Positions 36,610 through 49,279 are shown, counted from the first letter of the whole stretch. The stretch: 62,224 nt of DNA, filler included, from Pirum gemmata (GCA_002812295.1; 16 parts of 16 records of this genome joined end to end with filler, not necessarily neighbours in it), one strand, 5' to 3'. The notes: generated by a model from the letters alone, not told the origin. Translations and numbers: made by a program.

Positions 36610-39597
36610 TACAGCAATGGAGATAAAAGTCAACTACACAAAGACAATAAATTATAGGTAAGTGATATTTTGAACAGTTTGAGCAAACACTGACCAACTA
36701 TTACGCATAACCTAGGTATTTTATACGAAAAAAGAGAAAGCAAAAACAAATTCAATGTACAACAAGGAGTAAAAATAAAATAACCTCAGATTCTTATTAA
36801 CACAGTTATACTGAAACTGTAATATTAAAAGGTATGATTGCTTTTTTTAAAAATATCATAAAATAAAACAAATAGTCTATGAATAATAATAAAAAAACGC
36901 AAGCTACAACTACGGTACACAATGCTTTTTTTCTCTGGTTTTATCATAATAGCTAGCTAGCTAGAGCGCTAGCTAGTAGCTCTAGTCTAGCTAGCTAGTA
37001 CCACCACTTTCATTTTTCAAAAAAAAAACACACTTTTAGCAGTCTTTTAGCCTGCAATAATAATAGTGGCACAACTTTGTAGTCCACAACTTTGGTCCAC
37101 TTTTAATTTAGTTGTAAACAACTAAACATACTGATATATCGATAATAATAAGGAGGGATGACTCTAATTAAAAATGTAGCTCTTTTCTATCACGTTCAGA
37201 GAAATTGTAAACTGAAGGTAGCTAGCTAACTAGCCATAGTCGCAGGATGCCTCCAAAAATACCATCCTCCCTGGCAAGAGGCCACTTTTGAGTGATTACA
37301 CATAGTGGGTGTCATCCCTCCTATATGTCCCTATATATGTCAGCCAGTGTAATCCACCAGATACCCGTAGTCAGCTAGCTAGCTAGCTCTAGGCTCAGTA
37401 GTCTCTAGCTAGCTAGCTAACTATCAGATAGCTATGTATAGCTAGCTAGCTAGCTAGTATCATAATATCGTAGCTATCATAACTTGACTAGTCTATTGTG
37501 GGGGAACTCAACCTGATTCCATATCTAACCCCCAGTTCACCGAGCCGTATCTCGACCCCCAGACATGCTATGAAAATTTTGAGACCGTGAATGGATCGAG
37601 CTGAGTCTCCCTATGACCTCCTATCATCCCCAAACTTGAAACTTGGTGGAATTAAAGCTTTTGGCATTTTGGCAAAAGAATAAAGTATGGCTTTGTTCGA
37701 AATTGAAAAAATAATTTTTGAAAAAGTTATTTGAAAAAAAAAAAATTCAAAAAAATGAATTTGGCACTCNNNNNNNNNNNNNNNNNNNNNNNNNNNNNNN
37801 NNNNNNNNNNNNNTTAATTAATTAANNNNNNNNNNNNNNNNNNNNNNNNNNNNNNNNNNNNNNNNNNNNCAAATGTTATTTTATTTTATTTATGTCTGTG
37901 GTCTTGCTTTCTTCAATGTATGGAGTTTCAATCTTAGAATTGAAGATTTTGTTCGTAATTCCGAACTATGTACTATCCCTCCTCAGAATAGGGAACCTTA
38001 GCCTAGCTTATCATACATGGTTTTGGTTTTGGTTAGGGTTAGGGATGAAGTGTTATACTTACTCGAATCAATTTTTTTTTAATGAGAATTATAAAACATT
38101 TAACGTTGACGAATTACGCTTGAATGAAGTGTTATACATACTTGGATCGAGTTTTTAATGAGAATGATAAAGTTTTTAAGGAGACTCTCCTCACCACCTC
38201 ATGTGACAGTTATTCAAGACTTGACACTCGTAATTCTTAATTTGGTTGTACTGTTTGAGGTGTACAGTAGAAGTTTCCTCCCATCGTTTTTTTTTCTTAA
38301 CCCCCGCCCTCCCCCACCGGTCTAGATTGGCTCTCCTCATGAGGGAAAGTGGCTCCGTGGTTAATGTCCTGATTAATCAATTCGCATGCTCAAAAGTCTT
38401 GTAGGAACAAATGGGAAAGTATCTGCTGTCCAGGTGCTTTAATATTGTGTAAATAGTAAACACAATTTACCCTGATATGTTTAAGTGGTCCTTATATATA
38501 TAAAGGCCAACCAACTGACCGTAAAGGGTCTAAGTTTACATCTAGGAAAACTTTCTATTGTTTTGAAAGTCTTCTAATGTTTTGAAAGTAGCAAAACATC
38601 ATAAAGAAACCTGTCCTATTCGGGAGGGAAAGATTTGTAAATCAAACCCCGTTCAATATATACCCCATTTTACCCTATAAATAAAAGGACAATAATTTCC
38701 ATGTTACGCTATAATCCTTTTTACTCCTTGTCTTCGAGTGGTGATTAATCGACTTGAATGTCACAAGTTTAAAAAGAAGTACTAGTGAGAAAACTATTGC
38801 TTGTCCAGGTGAGTGTTTATTGTGTATATGGTAATTTATAACACCATATCCTAGGGTAACAGCCAACCAACTTGCCCTATATATGTTAAGTGCTTTGGAG
38901 GTAACAAACATTCATATATATGAATAATTCTATCGTTGGACTTTAACATCAAATCAACTTTTACACGTATTTGATCGATTATATCATGTAAAGAAGTGTT
39001 TATTAATACGTTATTGTAATTTATTAACACATTTTGTAATTTTCCATCAATATCGGTAAAATTGGTGTATATATTTGGAAAGTCAGAAATTGAATTTAAT
39101 AAATTATATTCGTCATTAGTCAAAGTATATATAAACACCTTTCCGGCTAAATATTCAGTTCAGACTGAATATGTCCCTATTTTTCATATATATTGGGCTT
39201 GTGGGGCTATAAGGGAAGAGGGCTGCGCAACTGCGTTGCGCTTTAAGTAAGGAAAAGACACGTGATAATTCGTCACTTTCCGTTTAATATCATGGTTTTT
39301 GATTAATTATATATATTATACTTTAATTATGGGGATAGATGCCACTTTAACTTACTAACTCAACTCGTTACTGAGGTATGTAGTTTACTAGTGTTAAAAG
39401 CCTAACCCTAACCCTTTATTATTGGTATTATTGGTGTTAAAAACTAAAAAAAATCGCCTGCTACGCCTGGGGGACATTTATTTATTTATGGTATAATATT
39501 AATACTAATAATAATAATAAACACCTAGTTTGAAAATTTATTATATATTCATCACGATAATCACCAATTTGTTTCCACAAACATTTAATTTCAAACT

Positions 39598-39835
39598 TTC
39601 AAGTTTTATGGCATGAAGTATAGAATACATCTGTACCCACATGAATCGAACAATCTTTAGAATCAACTGGATTATGAACAGATTTTTTACATGGTTTACA
39701 AAAGTAATGCCCCACACGCCCACCGCAAATGGTAAAAGTGTTAGTTACCAGTAGCAACATTTGTTGAACATCAGGTTGCAGAACATCAGATTTGCGCTTT
39801 TTACTCGTCTTATCACTTGTAGGATTTGCTTTCCT
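39598..39835 (-). pseudogene. Decayed PHD-like Cys/His finger, probable transposase C-terminal remnant
   Basis: Reads KRK...KKRK...FTICGGRVGHYFCKPCKKSVH...DCS...FYTSC*. Two expected Cys codons appear as TTT and TAT. Confidence 0.4.
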
Positions 39836-40540
39836 TTTTCAGCTCCATTGGTTTTGAAGTAAAGACAAGAATCCAACGTTAACGTTATCTGACATTTCCC
39901 GGAACGATGATTTCACAAGTATGTATTAATTAATATGCATTTTTATTATTATTTAGACGTGATTTGTTACTCTGGCAAGGGCTACGGGTGTCCCCCGGCA
40001 ATTGCCGGTATTTGGTGTGTTCAGTCCATTGGTTATTGAAAGGTGTAAATGATGTAATCATTGCTCAAAGTTGTCCTTTTGTTGGTGTTGTTTGTGTGTG
40101 AGTGTTTTTTTTTTTAAAGTGCTGCTATTTTTTCTTTAGTATATATATTTCTTGCTTTTCATTTTGGTTGTTTCATTCATGATGCCTATTAGTGTTGTTG
40201 GTGATTTATTTTTGTTTTTGTCATAAGGGCGGCCTTCTTTCACATTGCGGCTAATACCATTGTTGTAATAGCAATGTAATAGTTCGATTTGCGGCTAATA
40301 CCATTGTTGTAATAGCAATGTAATAGTTCGATTATTGGAGTGTTGTGAGTTGTTGCTTAGTTTAGATACTTGTGCACTAGTGCTATTGATCTGTCTTCAA
40401 TTTTTTGGCAGAGCTGTTAAATTTTGTAATGTTGTGATTTTGATATGGTCTACTTGGCGTGTAATAGTGATTAGTCTCATTGCCTCGTTTTGTATTTTTA
40501 TTCGTAGTAGTGTTATCGGGTGTACATATTAATACAATAG

Positions 40541-40692
40541 GGGTCTACATATCAAAAACAGTGCTAGTATTTAGCTTTGATGGTAGTTACTATAAGTACT
40601 ATGCAAAAAAAGAACCATTAAATAAATGTACAAACGCCATATTTATGGCTGTTACAAGAGCTTCAGAGAAACTTTATTTATTACAATCAAAG
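40541..40692 (+). pseudogene. Superfamily-1 (UvrD-like) helicase C-terminal fragment or isolated exon
   Basis: KTVLVFSFDGSYYKYYAK...CTNAIFMAVTRASEKLYLL contains helicase motif VI (AxTRA). It is bounded by AATAG and AAG/GTATTT. Confidence 0.6.
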
Positions 40693-40838
40693 GTATTTTT
40701 TTTATTATTATTCACACAGTATTCACACACAGGTGGGAAAATTATTGGAAACCCCCGAATGGTTGTTATTGGGACAACGATTTTTGGACTTTATGTTGAC
40801 TTTATGTTGTATACATTTTTATATTATAGACGGTCTTT

Positions 40839-40930
40839 GTCTTGGTCGGGGGGATTCGAATTTGGAACCCAATACCTCTGGATCCAGGTTGCTAACCAAA
40901 TATGAGACTACCACTGCGCCACTTGATTTC
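40839..40930 (-). pseudogene. tRNA-derived pseudogene or SINE head
   Basis: A-box TGGCGCAGTGG and an interrupted B-box GGTTC(CAAATT)CGAATCC with tRNA-like spacing. The acceptor and anticodon stems do not pair cleanly. Confidence 0.5.
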
Positions 40931-41512
40931 GCACAAAGAGCTTTTAGATTTTTTTTTAGCCAAATTGTTTTTAAAAACTAGCCATTGGTTCATAATAGAG
41001 TTTTCTTAGTTAAACGACTTCTCAAATTTTGGTAGTACTTAAAAACTAAAATTGTATCAATTTGATATTTTTTGGATGTCATATCATACGATAAAAAAAA
41101 AAAGAAAAATCGTTTTTTAGTAGCTCCAGGAGCGCTCAAACTGATTCGATTCCTGTGGTGTTTATGATGACGTCATTTATTTTTTATTTATTGTATGATA
41201 ATAAATAAAAAAATATTATTCAGGATCGTTTATTTCATTATAGTTGTCCTCTCAATCTTTAATTTGGTACTGTTTAAGTGTATATATAATTGAACTTGTT
41301 TATAAAATACAACATTTTAAATATAAAATACGGTTTAAATACCAAATTAATTAAAACATATCTGATAGTTTAACCATAATAATAATAATAANNNNNNNNN
41401 NNNNNNNNNNNNNNNNNNNNNNNNNNNNNNNNNNNTTAATTAATTAANNNNNNNNNNNNNNNNNNNNNNNNNNNNNNNNNNNNNNNNNNNNGATAGTAAA
41501 TACATTTTTGTA

Positions 41513-41698
41513 TTGTGCTTTTCATTTATTTTGTCACTCATAATATTTATTTGGTTGTTTATAATATTTAAATTGATACTTTTAAATAAATAAATTTATA
41601 ATAAAATGTACCAAATTAAATGAAATGGATTTATATTTTATTAATTTGGCACTATTTATTATATATTTTATGACGACAAAATAACTGAAAAAGCACGA
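41513..41698 (+). mobile_element. MITE family A copy with TA flanks
   Basis: TA|TTGTGCTTTTCA...TGAAAAAGCACGA|TA. Confidence 0.82.
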
Positions 41699-42527
41699 TA
41701 TTATATTTTAAAAATAAACGTAAATGTATATTACCTTATGTCAATACAATTTTAAAAAATTATATTATGTAAATCCATTATACAAATAAAATAAGTAAAA
41801 CCTATTTTGGCGGTAATAAGTGTTGGGGTTTGTAGGTTTGGTTGGGGTTGTTAGGTTTGGTTGCTGCTTTAAAAGTATTTCATTATTTTGATAAAATTAA
41901 TAATATAAAATTTAAAGAGGATTTTTTCTTCTGTTTCTGGTGCAACATGGGTTAAATACACTTTTTGTGTTTATGGTTTTCAGGGGTTTCGTGTAGTTTT
42001 TCGCCTTGCGGGTTTCGCTGAGTTTGTGCAACATGGGTTAAATACACTTTTTGTGTTTATGGTTTTCCGGGGTTTCGGGTAGTTTTTCGCCTTGCGGGTT
42101 TCGCTGAGTTTTTGCGATCTTTGTTTGTTCTCGTGTTTGTTCGCGTGTTTGTTCGCGTGTCGGTTTGTGTGTTTGGTTTGTCTCAACAATAAGAGTTATT
42201 TAAGCCGTCATAAATTCTACCCATTTTAATACAAGAAAAGTCTATAATATTATTATCTAGTCCAAAAAAGACTACTATTATACCCTCTAACTCCCTCGAT
42301 AGGGTCAAAAGACCCATCTAAGCCTACCAGTATTAGTTGACCTAGACACAATCTTAATAGGGTAGTTGGTGTTTATTGTCAAAAATGGAATTTTTGGTGC
42401 CTATTAGTAGAATAGACTAACTACTAAAAGCCTATCTAAAGGCCTCTTTTGTTATTTTAAAGGCTTATAACTAACAACTAAAAAGTCTAGAACTAACAGG
42501 ATAGAGATAAGTGGTCTAGATCTATAC

Positions 42528-42568
<41 letters not shown>

Positions 42569-43061
42569 TAACAATAACAATAACAATAACAATAACAATA
42601 ACAATAACAATAACAATAACAATAACAATAACAAGTTCATAGCAAATGCATTTTTATAGACACCAGTTGTTATAGTTAAAAAATACACAACATCCAAAAT
42701 TTTTAGGGCCAATAAATATTCTTGTAAACACCGGGGTATTTCTTGGTTTTATAATGATAGGAAACAAAAATTTTAAAACTTTCTTTTGGTGTTTTTTTTT
42801 TTTGTCCAATAAATGAGAAACATTTGTGTAAAAATTTAATAAATTATTATTCTTCTTTTGTCATTTGGTGATTGTTTTTGGTTGTTGATTTTTTTGTCCA
42901 ATAAATTATTATTCTTTTTTTCTCTTTTGTTGATTTTTTTTTCTTTTATGATTTTTTTGTCCAATAATTTGATTATTTTTTAGTTTTCAAAACCAAAACT
43001 ATGAAATAATAAAAGGAAATTTTTTTTTTTTAAAAAAAAATATTATTCTTTTTTTTTTTTC

Positions 43062-43581
43062 TTGCTTTTTAGTTGTTTTGTCATCATAAAATATACAATA
43101 AAAAGTACCAAATTATTACAATACAAATCCATTTAATTTAATTTAGTATATTTTATTATTTATTTTTTAACTTAAAAATGTCAATTTAAAAATTATAACA
43201 CTCCAAATAAATATTTAGAGTGACAAAATAAATGAAAAGCACGATAGGTCTATATTATAATAATAATATGTAATAAAAAAAAAAAGCATTTTTCATTTAT
43301 TTTGTCAACATAGAATACACAGTAATAAATACCAAATTAATAATATTTGTAATTTATTTGATACAAAATAATTAAATTGGTAGGGTGACACAGTAGACAG
43401 GGGTGCAGTTGTTTTGTCATCATAAAATTATACAATAATGAGTACCAAATTAATACAATATAAATCCATTTCATTTAATTTGGTATGTTTTATTATTCAT
43501 TTATTCATTTAACAATGTCAATTTAAAAATTATAACCAACCAAATAAATATTCGCAGTGACAAAATAAATGAAAAGCACAA
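43062..43581 (-). mobile_element. Two MITE family A copies (43062-43244 and 43403-43581)
   Basis: Reverse-complement homologues of 41513-41698, ending GAAAAGCACGA|TA and GAAAAGCACAA|TA. Confidence 0.8.
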
Positions 43582-45008
43582 TAATGCTGGATATGTATCA
43601 TTTTTTTAAAAAAAAAATAAAATCTACCAAATAATTTCTGTCTGTAGTTAGTTTTTTTTTAGAGTTTAGAAAATAAATTTTCAAGCCTATGCATTAATTA
43701 AATAAGTTCGAAAATTTTAGGCTAACAGTTAAGTATTCAAGTATATTTATTTATTTATAAACCCGAAAAAATTGGAAAAATTAATTTTCGAACAGGGCTG
43801 AATTTTGGCTTTCTTTTTTTTCTTGACAGCAGAAATTTGAGTTTTCGGGCTCGAGTAGAATTGGGAGAGGCTTTTAAAAATCTGATAAAATAATTATCCA
43901 ATAAGAACATTAAAAAAAAAAAAAAAAAAGTAACACTAACATAATAATATTATGATCAAAGTTTAGGATCTCAGAGTATCGTAGAAAGTTTTATTTCATC
44001 ATTTTTTTATAATTTATATTATGACGTATTTTAAATACTATATATAAAATAATAAAAAATAATGATGACTTCATAAATTTGACGCAACAAAAACAAATTT
44101 AACACCTCTCTAGTTAGAAGAAAAAAACACTTTCTACTCGCATGTCGTATGTGCAATCCTTTTGAAAAACGAACATTAAATAGTTATTGTTCTTGTTATA
44201 GAGTAATGATAGTAATAGTAATATTAATAGTAATAGTAATATTAATAGTAATAGTTATAATAATAGTAATAGTAATAGTAATAGTAATAGTAATAGTATT
44301 AATAGTAATATTAAATAGTAATAATAATAGTAATAGTACTAGTGATAGTACTAGTAATACTGATAGTAATACTGATAGTGATACTGATAGTGATAGTAAT
44401 AGTGATAGTAATAGTAATAGTACTAGTGATAGTGATAGTGATAGTGTGATAGTGATAGTGATAGTGATAGTGGTAGTGGTAGTGGTAGTGATAGTGATTA
44501 TAATTACCATTATTTACATTATTGATTATGGTTATAGTTATTAGTATATATGGTTATTTATATTATTTACTTTGGTTATGATTATATATGATTATGGTAG
44601 TATTATATATGGTTATAGTTATTAGTATATTATTGTTTTTTACATTATTTACTATGGTTATGGTTATGGTTATGGTTATGGTTATGGTTATTATTTACTA
44701 TTATGAGCTAATGGCCAGTTTTTAAAATGATTTGGCTAGTTTTTTGGAAGATAAGAAAACTAAAAAAAAAATGATATCTGCAATTTTATCTGGCTATAAA
44801 TAATAATAATCTTTGATATGTTGTCCCAGAAAAGTATTTATATACATAATATAATGTACTTATNNNNNNNNNNNNNNNNNNNNNNNNNNNNNNNNNNNNN
44901 NNNNNNNTTAATTAATTAANNNNNNNNNNNNNNNNNNNNNNNNNNNNNNNNNNNNNNNNNNNNTGGTCGAGAAATAAGAATTTTCCGTTAACCATATAGA
45001 CGTGATAA

Positions 45009-45068
45009 TTACTGTTGTTGTTGTTGCATTAATATAATTTCAAAATCTGCGATTTGTTTCACAATAGC

Positions 45069-45100
<32 letters not shown>

Positions 45101-45104
45101 GCAG

Positions 45105-45136
<32 letters not shown>

Positions 45137-45468
45137 GCATTAATATAATTTCAAAATCTGCGATTTGTTTCACAATAGCTTGTTGTTGTTGAATAAAATT
45201 TTCTTGTAATATTTGTTGTTGCTTTAAAAGTGAAGGTGTTTGTTGTTGTTGTTGTGCTTGTATGGATGTTTGTTGAAATTGTTCTTGTAATAATAATTGC
45301 TGTTGTTTAAGTTCTTGTACTAATTGTAAAGTTTCGTTAAAAGATTGTTGAGGTTGTTGTTGTTCAAAATTAGGGTGATATTGTTGTGGATGTGGTTGTG
45401 GTTGTGGTGGTTGTGGTGGTAGTTGTTGTTGCTTTAGCTGGACTTGATTCTGCTCTTGTTGCTGTTGC

Positions 45469-45564
<96 letters not shown>
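45009..45564 (-). CDS. 3' part of a Gln-rich protein (5'-partial, unknown family)
   Basis: Open frame poly-Q...QYHPNFEQQQPQQSFNETLQLVQELK...AIVKQIADFEIILMQ (this motif twice), ending at TAA 45009-45011. It lacks a start and is absent from the ORF track. Confidence 0.65.
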
Positions 45565-46442
45565 NCCTGACCCTGACCCTAACCCTAACCCTAACCCCAA
45601 CCCTAACCCTAACCCTAACCCTAACCCTAACCCTAACCCTAACCTTAACCCTAACCCTAACCCTAACATTGTTAAAGCGCTTTTGCGAATTGCGCAATAG
45701 TTTGAGTACTTAACTAAATAGGTTGTTTTTATACCCTTTTAGTTTAGGGCTAAAGCTAGGCTTAGGCTTAGGGTTAGGGTTAGGGTTAGGGTTAAAAGGT
45801 TAGGGTTAGGGTTAGCCTTTTTTTTTTTTTTTTTCGTTCCCTTTCTGGAAAAAAAATAAAAAAAAACTGTAAAAAAAAAAAATATACATAATTTTTAAAA
45901 ATCATGTGATCATTATGCACCAGTATTTCCATATTTGTTTAAATATGAACTTTTTTTTTTTTCTACCAAGCCGGATAAAAAAAGCGACATCGCCATATGA
46001 GCTCAAAAATACAAAAAAATCTCAAAATGATCCAATTTTACCAAAAGTACTACCAAATTATAAGAATTTTTCTAAAAGAAAAAAGTCTATTATGAACCAA
46101 TGGCATGTTTTAAAATGACAATTTGGCTAGTTAGAAAAACATGACTAAAAAAAATTGATTTCTACAGTTTTATGATATCCTGTTAAAAAAAAAAATAATA
46201 ATACCGGTAGTAGAAAGGTTTTTATTGGATTATTACACCAAATAAAAATGATAATATATATTTGGTAATAACTAATGTTTTAGCTACACTTTAGCTGCTA
46301 TATTTGTATTTTATTTATTCATAATGAAAATTTTTTTGAAAAACCTCAATCGAACTCTTTTGAGAAAAAATCACACTATTGCTGAGCATATAGATAATAG
46401 TGCTGTATTATATAATTACGTATACTTTTACTTTTTTTTCAA

Positions 46443-46684
46443 GGGTTAGGGTTAGGGTTGGGGTTAGGGTTAGGGTTAGGGTTAGGGTTAGGGTTAGGGT
46501 TAGGGTTAGGGTTGGGGCTAAAAGGGTTAGTGTTAAGGAGTGTTAAGGTTGGGTTATGGTTATGGTTAGGGTTAGGGCTAGGGTTATAATTAGTGTTAGT
46601 TAGGGTTAGAGTTAGGGACTGTTAGGGTTAGGATTAGGATTAGGGACTCTTAGGGTTGGGGTTAGGGTTGGAACTGTTAGGGTT
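46443..46684 (+). repeat. Interstitial (TTAGGG)n array decaying 3'-ward
   Basis: Directly visible. Further arrays at 18687-18760, 34071-34117, 45566-45667, 45762-45815 and 47724-47830. Confidence 0.9.
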
Positions 46685-47548
46685 GAGCTAAATAGTATTA
46701 ATATTATCATATCGATAATAGTTCAATTATATAATACAAAGCTGATAACTATGTCGACAATCTACTAACGAAGGTTCATTAATCAAAATGCCAAATATCA
46801 TAATATAATGAGAATAGTATATTATAACAATAATACATAAAATAACAGTAATCGCTCTTTTCAATACTTATTAATTGTAGTTATACCCAGTTTCATATGG
46901 TCAAGTGGGAAAAATTGCAGGAATTTGAAACCCAATTACTTACTGACCCTATCCTTAAAAAATCGATTACGAAAGAAATAAAAATAAATTTTCAAAATTA
47001 TAAATTGATCAATAAAAAAAAATAAAAAATTTTATTTTAATAAAAAGTTACGACAGATAGACAGATACTCAGATAGACAAGATATAATAAAATATACCAA
47101 ATTAAATTAAAAACAAGAAATACAATAACTTAATTTGGAAAACATGGATGCTTTATATAACTTTATATAGTAAATATTGTTTTATATATTTGTATTTATT
47201 GTTTTGCATCCATTTTTATTCACATACCAAATATGGAAAATGCTGAAAGAGTTGGCTGATGTGGCTAAAACTGTGGCTTAGCTCTCTTGAACTTTTTTGA
47301 AATTTTTTTTTTTTTTTTTTAAATTATTTAATTTTTAATCCTCTACTATCGATACCAACATTCCTTTTGGAGATGGGGAAAAAACCATCGAATCGAGACT
47401 AGTTCGAAACTTTCTAAATTTTTCGATCTAATTTAAGAGTGTTAATTCACTTTTGATTTCATTAAAAAATTCTTAAAAATTCTTAGAAATTTCATAGAAA
47501 AAACTTGAAACTCGAAAAAAACGAATACCATTTCAAAATTGTCACTAT

Positions 47549-47650
47549 TTAAAAATTTGGATCGAGCTGTTTGATTCGATTATGTTTTAATGTTTCTCCT
47601 TTGTCTACGTTTGTTTGCTTGTTGGAGAACTGATTTGATTTAGCTGATCT
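47549..47650 (-). CDS. Possible terminal exon of an unidentified gene
   Basis: A polypyrimidine tract and AG acceptor(s) are followed by AKSNQFSNKQTNVDKGETLKHNRIKQLDPNF*. No family recognised. Confidence 0.35.
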   Translation of the reverse strand, partial: RSAKSNQFSNKQTNVDKGETLKHNRIKQLDPNF

Positions 47651-47855
47651 TGATTTGTAAAAAGAAAAGAGGGTGGGGGCAGGATCAAGATAAGGATTAG
47701 CATTAGCATTAGGATGAGGAAGATTAGGGTTAGGGTTAGGGTTAGCTGTAGGGTCGAAGGGAGGAATTGTTAGGGTTAGGGTTAGGGTTAGCTGTAGGGT
47801 CGAAGGGAAGGAAGTGTTAGAGTTAGGGCTAGCCCAAGGTAGAAGTGAATAGTTT

Positions 47856-47906
<51 letters not shown>

Positions 47907-47946
47907 GTTATTATTATTATTATTGAAATAAATCAAATAAAATTAG

Positions 47947-48144
47947 GATCAAGTATTTCGTTTGCCCTTGTTATTACCGGTATAGCTTTGAAAATTGCTT
48001 TTAAAAATAAAGAGTTTAAAAATAAATTTGTTGAGTTAGCTAGAAAGTGTGATATGGTTTTATGCTGTCGAACCTCTCCTCTTCAAAAAGCTAAAGTAGT
48101 CCGTGCAGTTAAGAGTAGCGAGAAGGCCATGACATTGGCTATAG
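47947..48144 (+). CDS. Internal exon of a P4-type ATPase (phospholipid flippase)
   Basis: AG/GT-bounded 198-nt exon: FALVITG...LARKCDMVLCCRTSPLQKAKVVRAVK...MTLAIG. This is the P4-ATPase segment just before DGAND. Confidence 0.9.
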
Positions 48145-48162
48145 GTTAGAGAGGAATAATTA

Positions 48163-49084
48163 TTGTTGTTTGTTGTTTGTTGTTTGTTATTTGCTGTTTG
48201 TTTGTTTGTTGTTTGTTGTTTGTTGTTCATTTGTTTGTTGTTTGTTTGTTTGTTTTTTTGTTTATTTGCTGTTTGTTGTTTGTTTTTTGTTTGTTTGTTT
48301 GTTTGTTTGTTTGTTGTTTGTTGTTCGTTTGTTTGTTGTTTGTTTGTTTGTCTTTTTGCTTGTTTGTTTGTTTTTTTGTTGCTGTTGTTGTTTGTTGTTT
48401 GTTGTTTGTTTGTTTGTTGTTTGTTTGTTTGTTGTTTGTTGTTTGCTGTTCGTTTGTTTGTTGTTTGTTTGTTTGTCTTTTTGCTTGTTTGTTGTTTGTT
48501 GTTTGGTTGGTAGGTAGGTTGGTTGGTTGGTTGGTAGGTTGGTTGGTTGGTTGGTTGGTAGTTTGGTTGGTTGGTTGGTAGGTAGGTAGGTAGGTAGGTA
48601 GGTAGGTTGTTTGGTTGTTTGGTTGTTGTTTGTTTTTTGTTGTTTGTTTGTTTGTTTGTTTGTTTGTTTGTTTGTTTGTTTGCTTGTTTGTTTGTTTGTT
48701 TGTTTGTTTGTTTTGTTTTTTTGTTGTTTGTTGTTTGTTGTTTTCTTGTTTGTTGTTTGTTGTTATTTATCTGTTGTTTGTTATTTGTTGTCTGTTGTTG
48801 TTTGTCTGTTGTTTGTCGTCTATTGTTGTTTAGTGTAGTTTGTTGGTGTTTGTTGGTGTTTGTTGGTGTTTGTTGGTGTTTGTTGTTGTTTGTTGTTGTT
48901 TGTTGTTGTTTGTCGTTGTTTGTTGTTGTTTGTTGTTGTTTGTTGTTGTTTGTTGTTTGTTGTTGTTCGTTGTTGTTCGTTGTGTATTTTTTTATTTTGT
49001 TATGTATTGTTTCTTTGTCTGCCTTGCTGTTGTTTGCTATTGTTAGTGCTGCAATTGTTGTTGTTGTTGTTGTTGCTGTTGTTG
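48163..49084. repeat. Intronic (TTG/TTTG/GTTG)n microsatellite mosaic
   Basis: Directly visible. It is the source of the spurious Leu/Phe/Val/Cys ORFs. Confidence 0.95.
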
Positions 49085-49279
49085 NNNNNNNNNNNNNNNN
49101 NNNNNNNNNNNNNNNNNNNNNNNNNNNNNNNNNNNNNNNNNNNNNNNNNNNNNNNNNNNNNNNNNNNNNNNNNNNNNNNNNNNNNNNNNNNNNNNNNNNN
49201 TGTTATATTGTTATATTGTTATATTGTTATATTGTTATATTGTTATATTCTGACAATGTATAATTTTCGATTTAACCAG

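Noticed and set aside
36300..36720. Candidate further NUDCD1 exons or a Cys-rich exon (VCSNCSKYH...YLHC)
   Set aside because: No phase-consistent, NUDCD1-like reading was found, and part of it lies beyond an N-gap.
33133..37604. Inward-facing ~21-bp inverted repeats (CGATCCATTCACGGT) flanking the NUDCD1 3' exons, as in a gene-capturing transposon
   Set aside because: The two ends lie in different contigs joined across a microsatellite N-gap (36535-36571), and there is no convincing TSD. Two independent repeat ends are simpler.
25939..40692. A defence or viral island made of pseudo-PARP, polB, secreted protein and helicase
   Set aside because: These lie on different scaffolds or contigs separated by artificial linkers or n joins, so the proximity is not evidence.
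40245..42110. Short direct repeats (44 bp twice at 40245-40333; ~85 bp twice at 41940-42110) as a CRISPR-like array
   Set aside because: Only two adjacent copies each, with no spacers and no cas genes, in a eukaryotic context.
42255..42530. TAG/CTA-rich decayed sequence suggesting RIP-like CpA-to-TpA mutation
   Set aside because: There is no unmutated copy in the window to polarise changes, and composition alone is insufficient.
45668..47650. Minus-strand frames that read well if TAA is Gln (IS*IKSVLQQANKRR...T*SNQ; LSTQTIAQFAKAL*Q), suggesting stop-codon reassignment
   Set aside because: The GATA, LRR and Gln-rich ORFs use CAA/CAG throughout with no in-frame TAA, and two genes end in TAA. 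A stop-free alternative frame exists at 47549-47650.
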